DNA from: a virus
Taxonomy: Duplodnaviria > Caudoviricetes
Virus record (IMG/VR): IMGVR_UViG_3300043372_000090
Coordinates: 2,655-66,654 of that record
Reading direction: 5' to 3' (one strand)
DNA length: 64,000 nt
The position numbers and the translations under genes are program-made. Every line of letters begins with the position of its first letter. Position 1 is the stretch's first letter. Of the stretch, positions 25,936 through 36,375 are shown in pieces. The notes beneath the pieces were generated by a model, which had not been told where the DNA came from, ran no database searches, and saw nothing but the letters and a program-made list of their open reading frames with translations.

Positions 25936-27022
25936 CATAATATATCCAGCAAGACTTCCTATTACAAACTCAGTCAATACTGCTGCACAAACAACATTAC
26001 AGGCAATTGGTGATTACGTAGCAGTTATTAGGCAAGCTGAAGAAGCTGCAACTATTACTGGTGTAAGTATCCATGTAGATACACATAGTGGTGGTACAGG
26101 AAATATTGTACGTGTAGGTATACAGTCGGTTGGAGCAAATGGACATCCATCAGGTACATACTTAGGATCAGTTGATAAGGATAGAACAAACGCAAATTTT
26201 CCTTTGTTTGGTCCAACAACTCATACATTAGGTACATCTGTTAGTCTTACGCGTGGTCAACTCTACGCAATAGTTGCCGAGGCTTTGTCTGGAACATGGT
26301 CTGGAGCAGTTAACTTTCGCACTAATGATAACTATTATGTTAGTTCCGAAAATGATTTATCGTTTCCGTATTTAGCAAATAAAGTTGCGGGGGTACTTTC
26401 TAAATCTAATGGCACTGGTGCATACACTCACAGTTGTGTATCTTCAACAACTATGTACGGTACACCTCATAATCCAGCACACGTAACTTCAATAAGTAGT
26501 GCCTCATCTCCAAATGAAATTGGAAATTACTTTAGACTACCTACTGGTATTGGTACTAGTTATGCTGTCCTTGGTGTAAGACTCTACATTGGAATGACTG
26601 ATAGCGCCGGGACATTTGATATTACGCTATATGACAATGCTAGTACAGTTTTGCAACAGGTGTCTTTTACGTGCAGTAATGTTGTCGGAAATACAACAGG
26701 CGGATCACAAAGAGATTTTTACTTTGATGAAGCATCGCTTACGGCATTGACTCCGGGTACTTTTTATCGGATTGGTATAAAAGCTACTAACGCTACAGCC
26801 ATTGGTGCTATGGCAAGTATCTATGTTCCAACATCTCTTGGTATGACTGCGTATACTAGTCCTGATGGATCATTTATATACACGTCACGTAGTGGATCAG
26901 GCGGTTGGACTGACGTTGCTGGTCAGATACATTTAATGCGCTTACTAATCAGTGACGTTACTGGTGGCAGTGCTGGTCCATCTGGTGGTGGCCCAGTAGT
27001 TGGCGGGAGGTTAATCAATTGA
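25922..27022 (+). CDS. beta-rich virion appendage protein, candidate receptor-binding unit A
   Basis: T/S/G-rich, 366 aa, in the tail cluster. Confidence 0.6.
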   Translation: MARLDIIYPARLPITNSVNTAAQTTLQAIGDYVAVIRQAEEAATITGVSIHVDTHSGGTGNIVRVGIQSVGANGHPSGTYLGSVDKDRTNANFPLFGPTTHTLGTSVSLTRGQLYAIVAEALSGTWSGAVNFRTNDNYYVSSENDLSFPYLANKVAGVLSKSNGTGAYTHSCVSSTTMYGTPHNPAHVTSISSASSPNEIGNYFRLPTGIGTSYAVLGVRLYIGMTDSAGTFDITLYDNASTVLQQVSFTCSNVVGNTTGGSQRDFYFDEASLTALTPGTFYRIGIKATNATAIGAMASIYVPTSLGMTAYTSPDGSFIYTSRSGSGGWTDVAGQIHLMRLLISDVTGGSAGPSGGGPVVGGRLIN

Positions 27023-27780
27023 TTCCATACATCGGTGATTTTGTAGCCAACAGTACAGTTCGTTATTTTTTTGGTACTAATGCATCTACTGGAGCATCAG
27101 TCAACCGTACGACAGCTGGAGCAATTCGTGTATACAAAGGCACATCTGTTACAGAACGTACGTCTGTAGTTGGTATAACCGACACTAGTGGTTTTGATAG
27201 CGTTACTGGCTTGAATAGCCTGTCAATTGATCTTAGTAACAATACTGACGCTGGTTTTTACGCAGCAGGGAACGATTACGTTGTAGTGCTAGTTGGCGCA
27301 GTAATAGATACACAAACAGTAAACGTACCTTTGTTTCAATTTAGTATTGAGAACAGGTTTTCATCAATTTCAAACGCTGTATGGAACACACTTGAGTCAT
27401 CTATTACAACAGCATCTACCATAGGCTTAAAAGTTAAAACTAACCTAAATGACACAATTACTAGTCGTATGGCTACGTTTACATACACTGCACCGCCAGC
27501 AGCTAGTGATATTTGGACGTATACACCACGAACGCTAACTAGTGGTGCTGCTCCTAGTGCTACAACTATTGCAGATGCTGTTCTTAACAGGAAGTTAGAC
27601 AGCACAGGTGATGGCACAGATACACTGGATGAGCGTACTGTTCGATCTGCGTTACGTGCAATGCGTAATAAGGTAGTTGTTGCATCTGGTGTAATGACGG
27701 TGTCTAAAGAAGACGATACGGCAACGGCGTGGTCTGCTACGCTTTCCAATACTGCTAACGTCACGGTGGATCCAACCTAA
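27019..27780 (+). CDS. tail fibre/adaptor protein, paralogue of 29119..30237
   Basis: TTG start after GGGAGG; YIGDF N-terminus and RNK...SGV.TV..EDDT..AW C-terminus. Confidence 0.7.
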   Translation: MIPYIGDFVANSTVRYFFGTNASTGASVNRTTAGAIRVYKGTSVTERTSVVGITDTSGFDSVTGLNSLSIDLSNNTDAGFYAAGNDYVVVLVGAVIDTQTVNVPLFQFSIENRFSSISNAVWNTLESSITTASTIGLKVKTNLNDTITSRMATFTYTAPPAASDIWTYTPRTLTSGAAPSATTIADAVLNRKLDSTGDGTDTLDERTVRSALRAMRNKVVVASGVMTVSKEDDTATAWSATLSNTANVTVDPT

Positions 27781-28001
27781 TGACTACAGTACTTAAAAAC
27801 GTAGAGTACATACGAGTTACAGTCCCTGTACCAAACTGGATTGTAAAGGCTGATGTCTACGACACAGAAGGTAACAAGGTTGCTGACTTCGGGCCAGATG
27901 GTACTGATATTAATAGCTGGTGGAATAGTCAATCGGAAGAATTTCAACTAGATACACTGTCAGTGTTCATTAACTTTATCAAAGATGAAGTGACTCCTTA
28001 A
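27780..28001 (+). CDS. hypothetical protein
   Basis: 73 aa, TAATG overlaps at both ends. Confidence 0.7.
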   Translation: MTTVLKNVEYIRVTVPVPNWIVKADVYDTEGNKVADFGPDGTDINSWWNSQSEEFQLDTLSVFINFIKDEVTP

Positions 28002-29122
28002 TGGCTACGTACTATGTAAGAACTCCAGCAAACGGAGGTAGCGATGCTGCTGCTGGTACTAGTACTACTACAGCGTGGGCTACCTTTACTAAGGCGTTCT
28101 CAGCGTCAGGGTTTACATCGGGTGACACAGTTTATGTTGAACCGGGAGTTTATCGAGAGACGGTAAGTGCGCTTAACACATCACCTACTACAAGAGCATT
28201 TGTCATCGGTGATTATACGGGTGCAATTTTTGGGACTCCGGGTGAAGTGAGATGGTCAGGATTTTTAACAACTGATGATGCGGCTGGTACTGGCACAACC
28301 CTGTTAAACATGAACAGCAGAGACAACATTACAATTCGTGGAATTCGATTTGAAAGTGTTTCTAGATGTATTGATGTTCCAAGTGGATCGATAAACATTG
28401 ACATTGAGGACTGTGTTTTAATTAATCAAAATCAAGGCACTATAGCTATGTCATCAGCCGCAAGTGTTGCTTTAGGTTGCAATATTCGGCGGTGCATAGT
28501 AAGTGGTTTATCGGATGCAATATTGATTGTGCCAAACTTAAACGGTGGTAGCGACTGGAATTTAAATCTCAATATTGAAAACTGTGTAATATTATCGACG
28601 CAAAACCGTGGCATATTCTTTTCGTCATCGGGCAGTGGTCGTGTTGCGTCTGCTGTTACTGTGAAAAACTGCACTATACGTTCAGCCACAGGTATTCAAG
28701 CAGCTACAAACTCTTATGGAACAGGCCCAGCAGGAATTGTAGTAACAAATACTCTGTTCTATCAATGTGTTACAGGTATAACTGCTGGCTCAACAGGTCA
28801 GGTATCAGAGAACTTCAATAGATTTGCACTGTGTAGTACGCCGACAACCAACATTGCAACTAACGGTGCTAACACAAATCTTGTTGGTAATGCAAGTATA
28901 GACATGGGCAGAGCATTTCTGTTTGATCTTGATCCACGTATGCCTTGGTATATGCCTTACGTTGCTAACATTATTAATGGGGATGGTACTGCTACAAGTA
29001 TGCCAACCGATGACATACATGGCACTACAAGACCAAACCCACCGTCTATAGGTGCATCAGAACAGACTACACTGTATACAGGTGGTCTTGCGGCTAATCC
29101 ATTAGCGGGGTACGTGCGATGA
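28001..29122 (+). CDS. right-handed beta-helix (pectate-lyase-like) spike protein
   Basis: TYYVR...G.D...G.S...AWAT..KA...GDTVYVEPGVYRE leader and repeated I..C.I / V.NC.I rungs. Confidence 0.75.
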   Translation: MATYYVRTPANGGSDAAAGTSTTTAWATFTKAFSASGFTSGDTVYVEPGVYRETVSALNTSPTTRAFVIGDYTGAIFGTPGEVRWSGFLTTDDAAGTGTTLLNMNSRDNITIRGIRFESVSRCIDVPSGSINIDIEDCVLINQNQGTIAMSSAASVALGCNIRRCIVSGLSDAILIVPNLNGGSDWNLNLNIENCVILSTQNRGIFFSSSGSGRVASAVTVKNCTIRSATGIQAATNSYGTGPAGIVVTNTLFYQCVTGITAGSTGQVSENFNRFALCSTPTTNIATNGANTNLVGNASIDMGRAFLFDLDPRMPWYMPYVANIINGDGTATSMPTDDIHGTTRPNPPSIGASEQTTLYTGGLAANPLAGYVR

Positions 29123-30237
29123 GTAAATATATTGGCGATTTTAGTAAGAATGACACAATCACTTTTATGTTTACGACATTCAGGCCGTCAACAGGTGCGC
29201 CCTTTCTCTTGGCGGGAACACCTATTGTATCTGTGTACAAAGACAACAATACAACTCAGGATACAGCTGGCGTTACGCTTACAACAAACTATGATGGTGT
29301 CACAGGATTAAACTTCGTTTCCATCAGTACGAGTGGTGCGTTTTACGTTGACGGTTCGGCATATGAGTGTGTTATTACTACTGGTACAGTTGACTCTGTA
29401 AGTGTTGTAGGCTCATGCGTTGGGCGTTTCACAATGCGTGACCAAGCCTATTTGTATCCAACCACAGCTGGTCGCACACTTGATGCAAGTGCTACAGGAC
29501 AAGTTATTGTTGTAACAAACAACGACAAGACTGGCTACTCACTATCTGGCACACAGACGTTTAACGTCACAGGCAATATAACTGGTAACGTTACTGGTTC
29601 GGTGGGGTCTGTTAGTGGTGCAGTTGGGTCAGTAACAGGTGCAGTTGGAAGCGTGACAAGTGCTGTTACAGTTGGAACAATAAATTCAAACGTAATTACT
29701 GCAGCATCTATTCAGGCTGATGCTATTACCGCTGCTAAAATTGCCACTGGTGCTATTGATGCTGACTCGCTTGCTACTGACGCAGTCAATGAGATAGCAG
29801 ATGGAATACTTAACCGTAGTCTAGCAACGGCTGGATCTGCTGGAAACATAACGATTACTTCCATCGTCGCAAGTGTGTTCCAAGCATCAAACTCATTAGC
29901 TGTCAATGATCAAGTTACATTTATCGGAACGGCTCCTACTAGTTTTAATGTCGGACAAGTGTATTACGTCAATGCAAGTAGTTTGTCATCAACCACGTTT
30001 ACACTTGGAACTGCTCCGGCTGGACTTCCTAATACAACTTCATCCACTGGAGCGTTTACTGCGTCAAACATTTCTGGGCGTAACATGCTGTCGGCTATGA
30101 GAGCCATTCGCAATAAGTCAGTCATTTCATCTGGGGTATTGACTGTCTATCAAGAAGATGACACAGCAGCTGCATGGACTGCTAGTGTTGGTTCTGATCC
30201 ATCGGCTAACCCTATAATAAGTATTGATCCGGTTTAG
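29119..30237 (+). CDS. tail fibre/adaptor protein, paralogue of 27019..27780
   Basis: YIGDF N-terminus, GSVGSVSGAVGSVT repeats, shared C-terminal domain. Confidence 0.7.
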   Translation: MSKYIGDFSKNDTITFMFTTFRPSTGAPFLLAGTPIVSVYKDNNTTQDTAGVTLTTNYDGVTGLNFVSISTSGAFYVDGSAYECVITTGTVDSVSVVGSCVGRFTMRDQAYLYPTTAGRTLDASATGQVIVVTNNDKTGYSLSGTQTFNVTGNITGNVTGSVGSVSGAVGSVTGAVGSVTSAVTVGTINSNVITAASIQADAITAAKIATGAIDADSLATDAVNEIADGILNRSLATAGSAGNITITSIVASVFQASNSLAVNDQVTFIGTAPTSFNVGQVYYVNASSLSSTTFTLGTAPAGLPNTTSSTGAFTASNISGRNMLSAMRAIRNKSVISSGVLTVYQEDDTAAAWTASVGSDPSANPIISIDPV

Positions 30238-30245
30238 GAGGAATT

Positions 30246-30677
30246 ATGTCAGCATTTTCAAACTACTTGGAAGACAAGATTATTGGATGGGCGTTTAATA
30301 ACACGGCATTCCCTACACAACTTGCCACTGTTTATGTGTCACTACATACTGCTGACCCAGCAGATACTGGAGCAAATGAAGTTGTAGTAGGTGCAACTAA
30401 CTACCAACGCATTGCGGTTGCCGCTGCAGGATGGACTAAAACTACTGGTGGAACCGCAAGTGCAACAAATACAGCTGAAATTGCTTTTCCTTCATCAGGA
30501 ACCGTAACATGGAGTGCTAGTGGTTCAGGAATTACGCACGTTGGCATATGGGACGCTCAAATAGGAGTTGGCTCACCTAACTTCTTATTCGGTGGTGCGT
30601 TGACTACTTCTAGAGTTGTTGCGGTTGGTGACGTGTTTAAATTCTTAGCAAGCAACCTGACTATTAGTGTGACCTAA
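30246..30677 (+). CDS. conserved phage tail-associated protein
   Basis: FSNYLE..I....F.....P....VYVSLHTADP...GANEV....Y.R pattern. Confidence 0.7.
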   Translation: MSAFSNYLEDKIIGWAFNNTAFPTQLATVYVSLHTADPADTGANEVVVGATNYQRIAVAAAGWTKTTGGTASATNTAEIAFPSSGTVTWSASGSGITHVGIWDAQIGVGSPNFLFGGALTTSRVVAVGDVFKFLASNLTISVT

Positions 30678-32296
30678 TGGCTGACGGTTATATATCTTGG
30701 TGGGGTAAATGGGCCTTTGGTAAAGGCAGTACCGCCGGGGTCGTATCAGCCAGTGCTTCTCTTATTGCACTGGCTTCTCTTACGTCTAGTGGTCTAGTCG
30801 AAAAAAGAGGAACGGCTAGTGCTTCTGGTGTTGCAACCGTTACGTCAACGGCTCAAGCAGATAAGTTAGGTGCATCATCACTTACTGGTGTTGCAACCGT
30901 TACATCTTCTGCTGTCGTTGAAAAACTAGGGACTAGTTCACTTACTGGTGTTGCTACAGTCACTAGTGCGGGTGTTGTAGAAAAACAAGCAACATCATCA
31001 ATATCTGGTATTGCAACTATTACAGCAAATGGTGTCATTGCTGGAATCGTAAATGGCACAGCAAATATCAGTGGTGTTGCAACAGTTACTAGTGCGGGTC
31101 TTGTTGAAAAACTAGCAAGCAGCTCACTTACTGGCATTGCGTCTATAACATCAGAAGGCGTTGTTCAGAAACTCGGTAGTAGTTCACTTGCTGGTATAGC
31201 AACAGTTACGTCATCTGGCCAAGTAGACAAATTAGGCGCATCAGCTCTTACTGGCGTTGCATCAATAGCATCCACAGGTGTAGTTGAGAAACGTGCTACG
31301 TCATCAATGTCGGGCGTTGCAACAGTCGTAGCAGATGCAGTAATTTCCGGAATTGTAACTGCTACTGCCAATGTATCTGGCGTTGCATCTATAACATCCG
31401 CAGGTGTTGTTGAAAAGCAAGCTACGTCTAGTATCACAGGTATTGCTTCTGTTACAGCAAATGGAGTCATTGGCGGCATTGTAAACGGCATTGCCAATCT
31501 TACATGTGTGGCTTCTGTATCAGCTACTAGCGTTGTTGAAAAACTTGGTTCATCAAGTCTTATAGGCGTTGCAACTATAAGTGGCACGTTCACCAAAGAA
31601 GTACAAGTTACATCATCAATTACTGGTATTGCTTCTGTAGTAACAACTGGAACACGCGTACAACAAGCAAGCTCTAGTATTACTGGCATTGCAATAGTAC
31701 TGGGCACTGGGCAAAGCATTATTGCCAACTCTTCAAATATAACTGGAGTGGCAAGTATTACTGCAACTGGAACAGTTGCAGGAATTCAAGAAGCTTGCCC
31801 TTGTCCAGACTGGGAAGTCGGTGATTATGTAACTTGCAATTGGAACAATGCTGATTACACTTCCTGCGATTGGTTAGTAACTGGTGGTGTTGGTGTTGCG
31901 GTATTGCCATTTACAATTCCAGTTTTTAGGTTATTTGATTTACCAGTAGTTACAAGAACACCAGTATTTACTTGGAGTGGAACTACCGCTTGCGCATATT
32001 TTAATAGCACATTTGCGCATTTAGATTGGTTAGTTACTGGAGATTTATCTTGCACATGGATTGATCTTGGCCTTAGTTCGCAACAATGGGCACAAGCCAC
32101 ATACGGCATTGAATATCTTTTGCCACATACTTTACCTATATTCAGGTTATTTGATTACGCCACTGAAGCAGATACTTGCAATTATCAGATTAATATGGCA
32201 CCTAATGTACAATACGATATAGACAATGTAGCTTTAAGCGTTTATACCAACAATAATGTTGTAGCGTCAGGCTGGTCACGAAAAGGGTGTTCGTAA
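30677..32296 (+). CDS. fibre-like protein with about 17 tandem 20-22-aa repeats and a Cys/Trp-rich C-terminus
   Basis: Repeat consensus SSLTGVATVTSAGVVEKLG counted by eye. Confidence 0.8.
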   Translation: MADGYISWWGKWAFGKGSTAGVVSASASLIALASLTSSGLVEKRGTASASGVATVTSTAQADKLGASSLTGVATVTSSAVVEKLGTSSLTGVATVTSAGVVEKQATSSISGIATITANGVIAGIVNGTANISGVATVTSAGLVEKLASSSLTGIASITSEGVVQKLGSSSLAGIATVTSSGQVDKLGASALTGVASIASTGVVEKRATSSMSGVATVVADAVISGIVTATANVSGVASITSAGVVEKQATSSITGIASVTANGVIGGIVNGIANLTCVASVSATSVVEKLGSSSLIGVATISGTFTKEVQVTSSITGIASVVTTGTRVQQASSSITGIAIVLGTGQSIIANSSNITGVASITATGTVAGIQEACPCPDWEVGDYVTCNWNNADYTSCDWLVTGGVGVAVLPFTIPVFRLFDLPVVTRTPVFTWSGTTACAYFNSTFAHLDWLVTGDLSCTWIDLGLSSQQWAQATYGIEYLLPHTLPIFRLFDYATEADTCNYQINMAPNVQYDIDNVALSVYTNNNVVASGWSRKGCS

Positions 32297-35200
32297 TGGC
32301 AGTACGACAAGTCAGAAATAATCAACAACCATTTACGCTCGGTGATCGAAAATTCCAAGGGATTGACACTTACAACGACCCGTCGCGTATTGACGCAGGA
32401 TTTTGCCAGAGCCTAAATAATTTATTTATAACTGCTGGAACTGTTCGCCCACGTAACGGCTGGGCTTCGGTTTGGTACAACACCACGGGTTCTCCTGCAT
32501 ACGATTTTGCGTTAGCTAACCCTATTCGTGAGTTAACCGTTTTACGTGATGCTGGTCAGACTAGTAGGTTATTATTTGCTAGTGGGACCAACCTGTATAC
32601 GTATGACACCGCACAGTACAGTAGTCTTGGCACTAGATATACAACTGCTAATCAACCAGTTGTACTGAACGACAGAACAACTGGTAGTGCACTAAACATT
32701 ACTAATGCTGACAATGTGCGCATGGTGCAATACGGTCGTTATGTATATGGATGCAGTGGCTCTACTAATCAATTGTTTAGAGTGCGCATGAATGGTAGTA
32801 CTGTAGAAGCCGAGACATTACCAAACTTAAACTACGATCAAATTAAAAACGTAAAACCTGTTGCTACTGCATCGTCGTTACAGGTTATGGCTGGCGCTCA
32901 AATAGGCGCAAGAAACACAGCTCCTATTTTGACAAGTGGATTTAGTTCGCTTCCAAGTGCTTCATGGGTAAATCAAATTGGTGACCCAAGTTTTGAGTTA
33001 AATGTAAACAGTGGTTTTAACAGGTGGAACTATAACTCTACTGATGTACAAAACATATCATCTGGTGCAACAAATAAATTTGCAACAACTGCTAAAAATC
33101 CACAGAACTATATATCTACCCGTGATGGAAGCACTGGTAAACGATGTGTAAAAGTTGATCAAATCCAAGATTACTTACTTCAGGATATGGATGTTCGTTC
33201 AATTAATTTAGTTACAGATAGCGAACCATACACGTTTAGTGTTTTAGCTGGAGCTTTAAGTAACGTTGTCACAACAACTTCACACGGATTATCTATTGGT
33301 CAAAAGATTCAATTTCAAGCTACTACAGGCGGCGTATCTCTTACAACTATTTATTACGTTAGGACGATTGTCAATACAACTACGTTTACAGTCACTACGG
33401 ATAGCACGTTGTTATCTGGACCATTCGTATTTACTGCTGTGGCATCAAGTACATTTATAGTATTACGCAACGCGGGTACGTATGTGTTTACTTGCTACCT
33501 TTGGAATGAAGATGATCTAACTAATTTTATTAGTAACAACACTATAGACATACGTATCAATGCATATAAAACTACTGATGCAAGTACATTTGCTAGTAAT
33601 CAGATGATTTCTGGATCTGAGGTTTACTATAACGCTCGCCCTTCTGCTGCTCGAAACTCCAGTGACTGGCAACGGTTCGAGGTATTTGTAGACTTTAGGG
33701 AATATGCACACATCATGACGGGTATTCAAATCAGATTGAGTACTGCGTTCGACAGAGGTGGAGCAAGTTATGTATTAATTGAAGATACATCTTTGTATGC
33801 CGTTAATAGCGCACTTGCATTATCCGACCCACAAGATGACCCTACTGGCTTAGCTAAGTTAATGGGTAAGCAAGACAATACTACTTTTGAAGCAACATCT
33901 CCAATTGATACATATGCGCGATACCTAGAAGGCGAATATATAAAGATTGATTTAGGTGCGACATACTCTTTTACAGAAACTGAAAGTTTAAGTATTAGAG
34001 CATCTTTCTCGGAAGTTATTAATTCATCAATTCCACCATTTAGTCTTGGGTTCAGGATAGGTAATAAGACTGAATGGACTGGCCAGTGTTCTTACGACAA
34101 AGATAAGGGCTACCTGACATTCCAATTATTCCCCGTTTCACAGGCGTATAGAACATCTGTTCGCTATCTATATTTTAAGTTAGATTATGATTTATCTGTC
34201 TTGCGAAACAATGAATGGTGTATATCTTTCGGTGAGGTTACTAAGCAGGGTGCGTTAACACCGTCTAGTAAGTATTCATATGCACTATCTCTGTGGCGTC
34301 CTTATACGTTACCATCGTCACCAACTGCAGCAGCAGGAGTAGCAGCATGGGCAACGACACCAGAACTACCAACAGGTGATGGATTTGAAACTACACCTAC
34401 GCAATTTAGTGCGGACGTAACGATTACTGCGGCTGTTAATCAAGTTACATTGAAGTTATACGCTGGTGATTTACGGCGCATTGGCGGTGGTAACTGCACT
34501 TATAAATACGCACTGCTGTACAGAAAAAATGTATTAACCGGAGATGACGTTGGCAGACTGATTGCCATTATTGATTTAGATACTGGTGCATCGTACGTAG
34601 ATAGTACTAAGTGGAATGGTGCAACGTCTTCATTCTCAGACGTCGCAACCAACGAAATTACGTTTACCGATCAAGTACAAGATTCTGGATTACTATTTGA
34701 CAACGGCATTGGTACACGTGGATATAGATTACGATATGGCCGTGATTCATTTCCTACAGGCTGTACATCTATTGCTGTTTTTAACAGCCGATTGTTTGTC
34801 TCAGTCAACAATACTATTTACACAAGCTGGTTATTAGATCCTGCAAACGAGTACGGCATTTACACAACTAATGTCCCAGACTTCAACGACGCCATGATGA
34901 AAACTAAAGGTACGAGTTTTAGCATTTCATCTAGGACTGATGAAGAGCAGATAATGGATATGGTACCAATTGGTGGCGATGGTCTTATCCGTGAAAATAG
35001 TACATCTGCAGCTTTAGCAATTTTGCGTGAACGATCTACTTATCTCCTTACGGGAGATAATCCTTCAACGTTTGCAAGTCAAGGATTCTTGCAAGGTGAA
35101 GGGACAGGATTACTTGCTAAGCGTGGGGCTTGTATTGTCAATGGACGCCTTGTGTATCTAACGTCTTCTGGCATTATGCAACTTACTGGTATGCAATTAG

Positions 35201-35913
35201 AAGCTATTGGACTACCGCTAGAAGGTGTACTAAACATACGCAGTCAAGACTATGGGCCATTATCGTCTGCTTCATATATTAATGCCGCTGCTTATGCACA
35301 GTCTGAGTTATGTGTACACGACAGACGCATACACGTTTTAGCTCCGGTTGCTGGTGAAGCATCAGGCTCTACCTGTACTCGCATGTACGTGTACGACACA
35401 CGTATTGGTGGTTGGGTTAACTGGACAAATCCTACAGCATACACATCTATGGTGTCTGTTGAAACTGCTGATGATACACAAGAGTTATATGTAGGGAGCA
35501 GAAACGGAAAGTTATTTAGGTTGGAAGGTTTTTCGGACGTTGTATATGGTTCGTCAACAAGAGTAAGTACTGGCATAACGTGGAGTTTAGTATCCAGAGA
35601 ATATGGTCAGTCTGCAGCAGAAGGTAACATGTATTACTCTGCAAATAAACTACACAGTTTAAACTTTCATTTAAGTAACGACTCCGCAACAACCATACAG
35701 ACGAACTGGTCGTTGACTGGAATGAATGGCATTTCCAGTACAGGTTCGTATTTGTGGCCAGCAAATAAAGAAAGTGTTGTATCTCAAAGGCATATACAAC
35801 GATCTGCTGACAGACAAACATTTACTATTACTGTTAGTGGGACAACCAGTACTGCGTGGAAGTTATTTAGTTTCCACGCTACGACTACAGAAGGTAATAC
35901 ACCAAGAGCTTAA
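32296..35913 (+). CDS. tail nozzle/tubular protein B-like (P22 gp10-like) with large insertions
   Basis: F.GIDT..DP..I....C..L.N start, IAVFNSRLFV, RMYVYDTR beta-propeller-type motifs; position before ejection genes. Confidence 0.7.
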   Translation: MAVRQVRNNQQPFTLGDRKFQGIDTYNDPSRIDAGFCQSLNNLFITAGTVRPRNGWASVWYNTTGSPAYDFALANPIRELTVLRDAGQTSRLLFASGTNLYTYDTAQYSSLGTRYTTANQPVVLNDRTTGSALNITNADNVRMVQYGRYVYGCSGSTNQLFRVRMNGSTVEAETLPNLNYDQIKNVKPVATASSLQVMAGAQIGARNTAPILTSGFSSLPSASWVNQIGDPSFELNVNSGFNRWNYNSTDVQNISSGATNKFATTAKNPQNYISTRDGSTGKRCVKVDQIQDYLLQDMDVRSINLVTDSEPYTFSVLAGALSNVVTTTSHGLSIGQKIQFQATTGGVSLTTIYYVRTIVNTTTFTVTTDSTLLSGPFVFTAVASSTFIVLRNAGTYVFTCYLWNEDDLTNFISNNTIDIRINAYKTTDASTFASNQMISGSEVYYNARPSAARNSSDWQRFEVFVDFREYAHIMTGIQIRLSTAFDRGGASYVLIEDTSLYAVNSALALSDPQDDPTGLAKLMGKQDNTTFEATSPIDTYARYLEGEYIKIDLGATYSFTETESLSIRASFSEVINSSIPPFSLGFRIGNKTEWTGQCSYDKDKGYLTFQLFPVSQAYRTSVRYLYFKLDYDLSVLRNNEWCISFGEVTKQGALTPSSKYSYALSLWRPYTLPSSPTAAAGVAAWATTPELPTGDGFETTPTQFSADVTITAAVNQVTLKLYAGDLRRIGGGNCTYKYALLYRKNVLTGDDVGRLIAIIDLDTGASYVDSTKWNGATSSFSDVATNEITFTDQVQDSGLLFDNGIGTRGYRLRYGRDSFPTGCTSIAVFNSRLFVSVNNTIYTSWLLDPANEYGIYTTNVPDFNDAMMKTKGTSFSISSRTDEEQIMDMVPIGGDGLIRENSTSAALAILRERSTYLLTGDNPSTFASQGFLQGEGTGLLAKRGACIVNGRLVYLTSSGIMQLTGMQLEAIGLPLEGVLNIRSQDYGPLSSASYINAAAYAQSELCVHDRRIHVLAPVAGEASGSTCTRMYVYDTRIGGWVNWTNPTAYTSMVSVETADDTQELYVGSRNGKLFRLEGFSDVVYGSSTRVSTGITWSLVSREYGQSAAEGNMYYSANKLHSLNFHLSNDSATTIQTNWSLTGMNGISSTGSYLWPANKESVVSQRHIQRSADRQTFTITVSGTTSTAWKLFSFHATTTEGNTPRA

Positions 35914-35915
35914 TC

Positions 35916-36374
35916 ATGCCAATCATTGCTCCACTTACATACCCAAACGACTTAGGACGATCAGGACAACCAGAGCAATTATCTGGCAGAGGTAAGTCTT
36001 CTGTGTCTGTGCGTGAATCAAATTTACGTGGCCGTGACCCAGTACCATATCAACCGGCTTCTAATGCTTTGTATTACACGTCTGTGTCATTTGAAATACC
36101 TATTGCTCCATGCGTTATGATATGTGATGCAACATCAGCAGCTATTGTACTTACGTTACCATTAGCATCATCGTGTTACGGTAGGTCTATAGACGTTATT
36201 AAAACAGATACATCGGTAAACACAGTTACATTTTTAGCAACTGGTTCTGACATAGTTTCGTACAACGCTGCTTGGGTTGGATTAAACGAACAATGGGAAA
36301 CATGTCGAGTCTTAGCATTAGTAGATAGTGCAGGACAAGGTCGGTGGGTGATTATGATGGCGAGGTCAGTTTAA
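35916..36374 (+). CDS. tail needle/short fibre-like protein
   Basis: CDATSAAIVLTLP.A....GR.I.VIKTD.S.NTVT motif. Confidence 0.55.
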   Translation: MPIIAPLTYPNDLGRSGQPEQLSGRGKSSVSVRESNLRGRDPVPYQPASNALYYTSVSFEIPIAPCVMICDATSAAIVLTLPLASSCYGRSIDVIKTDTSVNTVTFLATGSDIVSYNAAWVGLNEQWETCRVLALVDSAGQGRWVIMMARSV

Positions 36375-36375
36375 A

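Noticed and set aside
31790-32296. Internal duplication at the fibre C-terminus as a diversity-generating retroelement target
   Set aside because: There is no reverse transcriptase gene and no near-identical template repeat differing at adenines in the window.
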